Source: Eledone cirrhosa
Lineage: Eukaryota
Assembly: GCA_964016885.1 (NCBI GenBank)
Contig: OZ024747.1
Coordinates: 36,580,001 to 36,644,000, forward strand
DNA length: 64,000 bases
Direction: 5' to 3'
A program made the translations under genes and the position numbers. Shown in pieces: positions 56,096 through 64,000 of the stretch (positions are counted from its first letter, which is position 1; the number at the start of each line of letters is the position of its first letter). Below the pieces are notes generated by a model that ran no database searches, was not told the origin of the DNA, and saw nothing but the letters and a program-made list of their open reading frames with translations.

Positions 56096-57610
56096 GTATG
56101 TATGTATGTATGTATGTATGTATGTATGTATGTATGTATGTATGTATGTATGTATGTGTGTATGTATGTATGTATGTATGTGCGCATATATGCATGTGTA
56201 TATGTATGTTTGCGTCGAATGAGGATGAAGCGAGAAATATTTGAAGTGGGTTGTAGAAAAAAATATTTTACAGTTAGACAAATGAGAAAGTTAGGCGTCG
56301 TTGATAGAAACAGATATGTGAAGGTTGCCTATTTTAAAATAAATATCAACTGTCGTCGTTTTTTAGCAAATTGTAATTTTCTATGTATTGTTTGCGGGAA
56401 ATACTAAATAAAGAGAAATAATTTCAAGGAATGATACGAAGTTCATCGATATGCTATTTCTTTTAATTCAAGGGTGTATATGAAAACATATATAAACATA
56501 CATTATATGTTTATATACAATAAACATCAAAGAGAAATACGTGTTCGCAACGAAAAAAACATTCCTCCTTTTCCCTCTACTGTATGTATGTATGTATGTT
56601 GCCAGTAACGTGGAGAATAACAGTCGATGCTGTTTCGAGATTTGTTAATCTTTCATCGCAATAATGCTTCTGCCAATTATTTATTTAGTATTTGGTGCTA
56701 TTTTCTACAATTAGAGTTCAAATGCAATCAGAATTCACTCTGATTTTCAATTAATATTCAGGTATATACACTGAATCGTAGAATATATTTCTGTAGGAAA
56801 GCAAAATTTATGTGATTATGAAAGATAGTGAATGAATGATGTATTAATAGCAAATATCTTGAAATCTGCAAATCATACATTAATCAATCAAAAAGTTATT
56901 TTATTATCCTTATAAAATGAAAGTATTAAGGTTTAAGTTTACCACTACGACAAGTCAATGAACCTCTTCGCGATGGTATATTTGGTGCTTCCACAATCTG
57001 TGGCAGGTATTCAGACAGATCAAGAGTATACAAGAAATAACATTTAAAGTAAAGACAGAACACGAACCAGGATAAGATAATGATGGAGAAGGGGGGAGAA
57101 GAAGAAGAAGGAGAAGGAGGAGGTGGAGGGGGAGGAGGAGAATAAGAAGAATAATAATAAGAAGAAGAAGGAGGAGGGGGGGGCGAAGAAGAAGAGGAAT
57201 ATACAAATTTGATAAATAAACATTAGAAGCTTAGTAATAGGATATCACTTAGTTGTTCAAATTAAATCAACGAAATATGCAATAGGTATTGGAAGTAAAA
57301 TAGAAATGAATTCAAAAAGAAATTGTTAATGAAAACTAATCTCTAATAGATACTTAACTTTTGGAAGTCGTTCGTTATATAAATAATGTAGCAAATAAAT
57401 CAACTCAGTAACTGAAGGAGTCAGTCATATTCCCCTTAGGGCATTCGATATTCCCCTTAGGGCAGTCGATGAACCTAAAATCAGATGGAAAGGTATTGGG
57501 TAAGGGAACAGACCAGATATGTTATTGTTCTTGTATCAAGCGATAAAATTGTAAGAATTTAGGTGGTTAAACCATTCATTATAACTTAAGAGCGGCCTTC
57601 TACGACTACC

Positions 57611-59406
57611 TTGCAAAGCTACATATTTTTTTATGAGATGTACACAACTGTTCATGCGGAGTATGTAGAAGGAAAAATAAACAAATTTAAGACCCTTCAT
57701 GTAAACAAACAGAACGCAACCGCACGGGCTTCAATCAACGAAATAACTGGCAGAAAAGAAAAGCCTTCACCCACTATCAAAGGAGGCTCTAGGAAAAAGA
57801 GCTGGACTGACCACTTCAAGGGTCTACTGGGCGAACCGTCCCCTGTAGAAGGCGATCTCCCAAAGTCTGTAGTATCACCTAAACTCGACATCTCCACTGG
57901 ACTTTTCACCTTGAGTGGGATCAACCAGGTGATCAAAACACTTGAAACCAAAAGCTCAAACGGTCTCAACAACATACCCAGTATAATTTGGAAAGACCCA
58001 AACCTTACTTCAGTCCTATTATCAATCTGCAACGACACCTTAAGCAACAAAATTCTTCCAACAAGTTTGCTGAAAGCAGGCATAGTTCCCCCCCCCCCCC
58101 AAAGGCGATCTCTCATTCCCTCCAAAACTACAGAGAAATATCACTTATGCCCATTGCGGCCAAGATCCACGAGCTAATCGTCAATCATATAGTTCCGTAT
58201 GTTGAACCAATCCTTCGCATCAATGAAAACGGTTTTAGGCGTGGTAGATCTACACTTGCACAGATTTTGATCTTGAGAAGAGTAGGGGAAGAGATGTGAA
58301 ACTCCAACAGACAAATGGCTCTAGTTTTTGTTGACTTTAGAAAAGCTTTTGACAGCATAAACAGAGACATTATGTTTGAAATTCTACCGTTGTGTGGCAT
58401 CCCAGCAAGACTTGTGAAAGCAATTAAAGTTCTGTATCTCAACACAAGTACCACTATCATCACCCCTGATGGCCAAACACAGTTATTTGACACCTCAGTA
58501 GGAGTACTGCAGGGTGATACTCTTGCCCCATTCATCTTTATCATTGCACTAGACTACGCCATGAGACACGCAGTTGACAAAATCAATAACAAAGGTATAA
58601 CCATCAAACCCGCATGAGCTCTAGGCACCCCGTTAAACATCTCCCGCACCTTGACTTTTAGGATGACATTCCACTTCATGCAAATTTTCTAGAAAATACG
58701 CAACAAGTCTTGACATTTCTCTAGGAAATAGCTGCCCTCGTTGGCCTTCATCTCAACGAGGGTAAAACAGAGTTCATATCAAATTGTAGAGGCAACAGTA
58801 TCAAATCAATCAAAAGCAGTGATATCAAGTAAGTCGAGGATTTCAAGTACCTTGGGTCCTTGATCAAGGACTCTGAGAAGGATTTCGCCATCAGAAAGTC
58901 CCAAACATTGTCAGCTTGCAACAAGATGGAACGAGTTTGACGCTCAAATCCTTCCAACCACACCAAGATCAGACTCTTTCAAGTAACAATTCAACCAACC
59001 TTGCTATATGGAAGTGAAACATGGATGCTTTCATCCAAACAAGAAAAGCACTTTGATGGCACTTACACTTGTCTGCTTCAATGCATTCATAACACAAGCT
59101 GGCGACATCTGACTTTGAGAGAGATATATGCCGGCCTCCCACGCATATCTGTCGTTGTACATAAAAGGAGAGTAAGATTTGCAGGCCACTGCCATCGTGC
59201 CACCTATGAGGCTGTGTCCCCATTAATGCTTTGAAACCACAAGCAGTCACTAATAACAGGGGGCGCAAGTTCTCCTATCCCGATGTCATCTCCAGAGATT
59301 CTGGTATTGAAATCCAGGACTAGGCAACGTTAATGAACGACAGACCCACGTGGAGATCAATTGTTGAGTCCATTTCGGCTGAGGCCACCGGATAATGATG
59401 ATGATA
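57611..59406 (+). mobile_element. 5'-truncated decayed RTE-like LINE
   Basis: NYREISLM, ENGFRRGRST, DFRKAFDSI, GVLQGDTLAPFIF, LLYGSETW, FAGHC; (GAT)n tail. Confidence 0.88.
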
Positions 59407-59969
59407 TATATTAACGAGCGCCACCAACTTAATCAAATATGGAAAAAGAAATTTTCTATTTCATTTGAAATCTACATAATAGTTAATAAAAGCAAACACA
59501 CAATGGAATCCTGGTAAAATATTACTAAATGTAATCGAATATACTTCGATCCGGCAGTGATCGACCGAATTTTGTATGAAAAATATTTTATGTATCTTTT
59601 CTTTTCACGGCGTACTCCCTAAGTTTGGGCCAATATATCATTATTTTGCACGCATACATCTTTCCAGCAGACCGGAAGATTAAACGCTCTTATAATTTGT
59701 CATTCTGTATAAATAGTATATATATATATATATATCTGTGTGTGTGTATGTGTGTGTGTGAGTGTTTGTATGTGTGTATATATTTATATATATATATTTA
59801 TATATAAAGAAAAACGAACACAGATATATACATATATGTGTTCAAATCGTAAGGGACCAGATTGGTTAAGGTGAAAATAATACTAACTATAGATAATAGG
59901 GTTTGCCAGACCCAATTTAAGAATAAATCAAGAAAATAAATAGAACCCGGAATTGTGGTAACTACCAAT

Positions 59970-60047
59970 CACCCAGACAGCTTTGGTAATGATGTTTCGC
60001 AAAATTAATTCTGAAGAGGATTACCAAATCTTGCTCGTCAGTGAGTG
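59970..60047 (-). ncRNA. Type I hammerhead, intact core, with loop II/III complementarity
   Basis: cactca-CTGACGA-gcaagatt..aattttgc-GAAA-ca..tg-TC-tgggtg. Confidence 0.85.
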
Positions 60048-60156
60048 AAGAAATAGTATCCTGGAGACTTCTAAGCATATTCAAAAACGAAGCTGGTCCT
60101 TTCCGATTTGAACACATGTATGTATATATGTGTGTTTGTTTTTCTTTTATATTCAA

Positions 60157-60184
<28 letters not shown>

Positions 60185-60188
<4 letters not shown>

Positions 60189-60872
60189 AAACTTGGGGAG
60201 GGTCATATTTTTGTAATAATATTGCCAGAATTAATAACAGAACACACCCACTGTTTGGTTGGTTTTCGCTTCTGTGTCTTTTATATCTCCACAGTTAATT
60301 TATTCGGTCCTCCATATTTACCATTGACTGATCAACGGTAAAAGAAATACAGATATAATATAGACACAAACACATATATATATATTCTAACAAAGTTCTT
60401 TCGTTGCACATCTGCAACATCGTCAATGGTGCTATTATTATGTTCCTCTTGTTGTATTGTTATATCTACGCCATCTTTATTTAATCTGTTTATTTATTTA
60501 TTTATTTATGTTTGTCTCTTCTCTGCGCATGCGTTACTTTGCGTGTGTGTATAGTGTTTGGTGTGTGTTCGCGTTTGGGTGACTGCGTTTTGGTTATTGT
60601 ATTCTATCTTAGTTTACTAGTGTGTGTTTATATGTGTTTGTTGTTATTGTGCTTGTGTATATATTTATTTATTTATTTATATTTCTCTTAGGTCAGTATT
60701 GTTTGTTTGGGTGTTGTTGTTATTCCATTCATTTTTTCTGTTTAGCTTTGGCCTTCTAAATTCTATTTCACTTGCCTCTCTGATTTGCCCATCTGCTGGT
60801 TCATTTCTACGTTTAGATATTATTTTAATTTCTAGGTTGTCTATGTTACCATCATGTTGTTGTCTGGCGTGA
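60185..60872 (-). mobile_element. PLE 3' end of the 47.7-50.5 kb family with hammerhead (60388-60431)
   Basis: QIREASEIEFRRPKLNRKNEW; TTGACGA-t-gttgca-gatg-tgcaac-GAAA-gaac-TT. Confidence 0.8.
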
Positions 60873-61454
60873 TCGGATATATATATATATATATATTAAT
60901 ACGAATTAATAAGAACGATGAAGTTTCGTTTACATGTATTTCGATTTATGTTCAATTATATATATATATATATATATATAAATACAATATCGGAGAAAGC
61001 TTTTTAGCGTTACTCCGGCCAAATTCCAACTCACTCAACAAACATTAGGAAATAAGTGATTATATTCCTATTTAAACGTTCGGGATGCTAACTAAAAGTA
61101 TTGCGTGGAAAATTGGCTGTATTATTTCATATGAGACATATCGAATATATCTCTTCCCAGACGGACGTCTCGTTTCATTATAGGATTCCTACATTTTAGG
61201 TCAAATTATACCAATTTATGTAGGAGTTGTATACCATCAATAGATATATATTCAAGTGGGCTCCTATAATTCATCAGTGGGTGCCCCAATAATACTAATA
61301 TTGATAATCTAACCAACATCAGTATTTAGCGATAATCATCATCAGTGCCTGAGGTATCTGTCAGGTTGCTAGTCCAGCAGTTCTAAAGAAATGCTCAAAC
61401 TGATTCAAAAATGAGGAAGTAAATATATATATATATATATATATACATATATAT

Positions 61455-61520
<66 letters not shown>

Positions 61521-61524
<4 letters not shown>

Positions 61525-62291
61525 GACGTAAAATAAGAAAATTTTAAAAATTAAAAATTAACTTACTAAAATTTTCACTCCAACTAATTAGTTTCTGTAA
61601 TGGGATAAAGATAGTTACGCAATGTAACCATCGAGATAATAATTGTTCTGCATCCCCCTGCATAGAACCACCTAGGTACTATGACATAATTTATGTATTT
61701 GCTAGCATTAGTGTACATCTGTACGTATATGTTGGTAAATATACTAATTCTCTATATTTATCTCCAAATTATTTATTTGTTGAGAAAACTTGCCAAATCC
61801 ACTGCTAATTCATTGTAGTGGTAGTAGTCTCTTGTCATAATACCATCCCACTCCTACTGTCTAGCCTCAGTGTCACGTGATTGATTCTTTAGAAACTGCC
61901 ACTTGACCAGAGACAGTGAACTTTTTCAGTGCTATGGAATTCAGTCCCCGCTAGCTGTTCCATCCACCGAATTATTATTTTTATATGAGTCCCTAGTGTC
62001 CGCGCATTGCCTGGGGACTTAGCTGAGAATAGACTCCCTGAGGACGTAATGAATTCTCGATGGTTACAGTGCGTAACTATCTTTATCCCATTACAGAAAC
62101 TAATTAGTTGGAGTGAACATTTTAGTAAGTAAGATAATTTTTAATTTTTAAAATTTTCTTATTTTACGTCTTTCATATAATTGTTCTGCATCCCCCTGCA
62201 TAGAACCACCTAGGTACTATGACATAACTTATGTATTTGCTAGCATTAGTGTACATCTGAACGCATATATTGGTAAATATACTAATTCTCT
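61521..62291 (+). mobile_element. Non-coding HHR mini-element (538-bp unit) with inverted 5' segment and terminal direct repeat
   Basis: 61521-61636 is the reverse complement of 62055-62174; 61639-61753 matches 62177-62291. Confidence 0.85.
62033..62114 (+). ncRNA. Type I hammerhead, intact core
   Basis: actcc-CTGAGGA-c-gtaatg..cattac-a-GAAA-ctaattag-TT-ggagt. Confidence 0.85.
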
Positions 62292-62309
62292 CTCTCTATA
62301 TATATATAT

Positions 62310-62447
62310 AACGAAGGAAATGTGGTAAGGAACCAGGTGGACCATAACGCACCGAAGTACTCAATACTTAGGGTAGTAGAGTTGGTAATAGGAACAAGTA
62401 AGACCCCGACGGCTGAGCTCAAGCCGTTTCGACGGCTAATTCTGGAC
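62310..62447 (-). mobile_element. Hammerhead 3' half + pLTR, family of 30.2/50.6 kb
   Basis: Reverse complement of 30240-30374; stops at the stem II loop. Confidence 0.75.
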
Positions 62448-62929
62448 TGAATGAAAATTTATTCTGGTATTTAAATAGCCGAGCTTATCAAGATGTAATT
62501 CCATATATGGTCAAAGAGATAATCACCAGGATTGGTCACATCACAAGTTAGTAGTAAATCTGTGACGGCAAATTGGTGGGGGAAGGGGTAGCTAAACCTG
62601 CCGGTAGGAGGAAAGGGGAGAGGGGTGGAGTAGACCCATTCACGCGTTGGTAGTGCCGGTTACAGCTGGGCGTGAGGTCAAAGAGGATACTGGGGAGGGG
62701 GAGGGGGAGGAAGTCGAAACGGTAAGTAGAACAATGAAGGGTAAAATTATAAAAAGTACTGAGAGAGAAAAAAATAAGCAAAGTCTGGTTACTAAGACAT
62801 AAGTCTCTCGCTATTGCTAGGAAATACATAAATAAATAAATAAACAAATAAGTGAATAAAAGAATAGATAAATAAATTTTAAAAAAATATAATGAAGAAT
62901 AAAAAAAATAAATAATAATAATAAAAATA

Positions 62930-63270
62930 CGGACACCTCCAACAAAGCTTATATAGGATTAACCGCATGTGACTTCAAGACCCGGCTATACCAACACAGA
63001 CATACCTTCCGGACCCGGCCCGGCGTCACACCACTACACTTTCGGGCCACATATGGGACCTCAAGGACAACAACATCAACTATGATCTCACTTGGAAATT
63101 ACTGTCCAGAGCCAACTCTTACACGGGAGGACGCCGTCCGTGCAATTTATGCTCGGAGGAAACTTTACAAATGTTGTTTTCGACGGACCAACTCCTAAAC
63201 AAGAAAGATGAACTGGTTACTGCATGTAAACACCGATTACGTAGGACTTACCTCGCCCTCAAACCCATAA
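62930..63270 (+). mobile_element. Naiad-like GIY-YIG fragment
   Basis: AYIGLTACDFKTRLYQH..IWDLKDNNINYDLTW..CNLCSEE..LNKKDELVTACKH. Confidence 0.85.
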
Positions 63271-64000
63271 TGACCCGGGGGGATAGACTAGTGCTATAAC
63301 ACCCCACTTGCCTATTTTGTAGTGGGTAAACCCTGCTTGCCAATGGAGACGTAATATCTTCTTTTACATTCTTTTATCGCTTCCTCTATATTTCCTTCTT
63401 CCCCCCATCCCTCCCTAGTCCTTCTACCCCAGCTCATTTTCTTTGTCGTCGTTTATTTCTCGCCCACCCGAGGTAGCACCTCGGTCCCTTGTAGCTTCAG
63501 CACCCCCACCCCCTCCCCTATTCTATTATAAATTTGGCTGACTCCGCATTTTATAGCAGAGGTGTTAGACTTCGGATACTTGCCCCCTTCTCCGACCGCT
63601 GTCCCTTTTTTCCGTGCCTTCTATATTTCATAGTGGCATCTTTGCTTTAATTTCTCGTTTATCCAGTATTTCTTTCTTCTTTTTCCCTTGTTTGGGGGGA
63701 TGGGGTGGGGGGGGGTGGGGGTTCTGTATTAATTTTCCGTTCATTACTTTTACTTCGTACGATCTTTCATGTAGCTTGTATAAGACTTTTTGTTTCGTGG
63801 CGGCACCCTTTGAGTTAGCACTAGTGTTTTTTTCTGCGGGACCCTGAAATATATTCTCGTACTAGTTTACTTTCTTGCACTGAGTGGTTGCTGGCCCTGT
63901 GATTGGGGTAGAAACCTTTATTATTTCGTGGTAATATCTTTAGAATTCCCCCCCCCCCCTTGTTGACCCGTCACCGTACGATACACGCACTTATACCTCG

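Noticed and set aside
61265-61350. Two CTGATGA motifs on the minus strand
   Set aside because: No properly placed GAAA or stem III.

Overview
Eukaryotic, AT-rich, microsatellite-laden DNA with no convincing host gene. The tRNA-derived SINEs resemble octopus families, so a cephalopod source is inferred. Most track ORFs are translated (TA)n/(CA)n repeats. Real coding remnants are: a near full-length L1/Tx1-type LINE (23388-28897) and a decayed paralog (35480-38240); two RTE-like LINEs; an R4/Dong-like fragment; hAT and piggyBac scraps; and many Penelope-like elements (PLEs) of at least three types (Naiad-like, Penelope/Poseidon-like, tentatively Nematis-like). The main non-obvious signal is about 30 hand-folded type I hammerhead ribozyme (HHR) motifs, intact or decayed, from more than 10 unrelated sequence families. 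Many sit in small non-coding, retrozyme-like units inserted in (TA)n, forming inverted repeats, fold-backs and twin-priming-like structures. Several carry a shared GAGYRCTY quasi-palindrome downstream, and one has a 9-bp loop II/loop III complementarity. All folds and alignments were done by eye; nothing was searched or computed.
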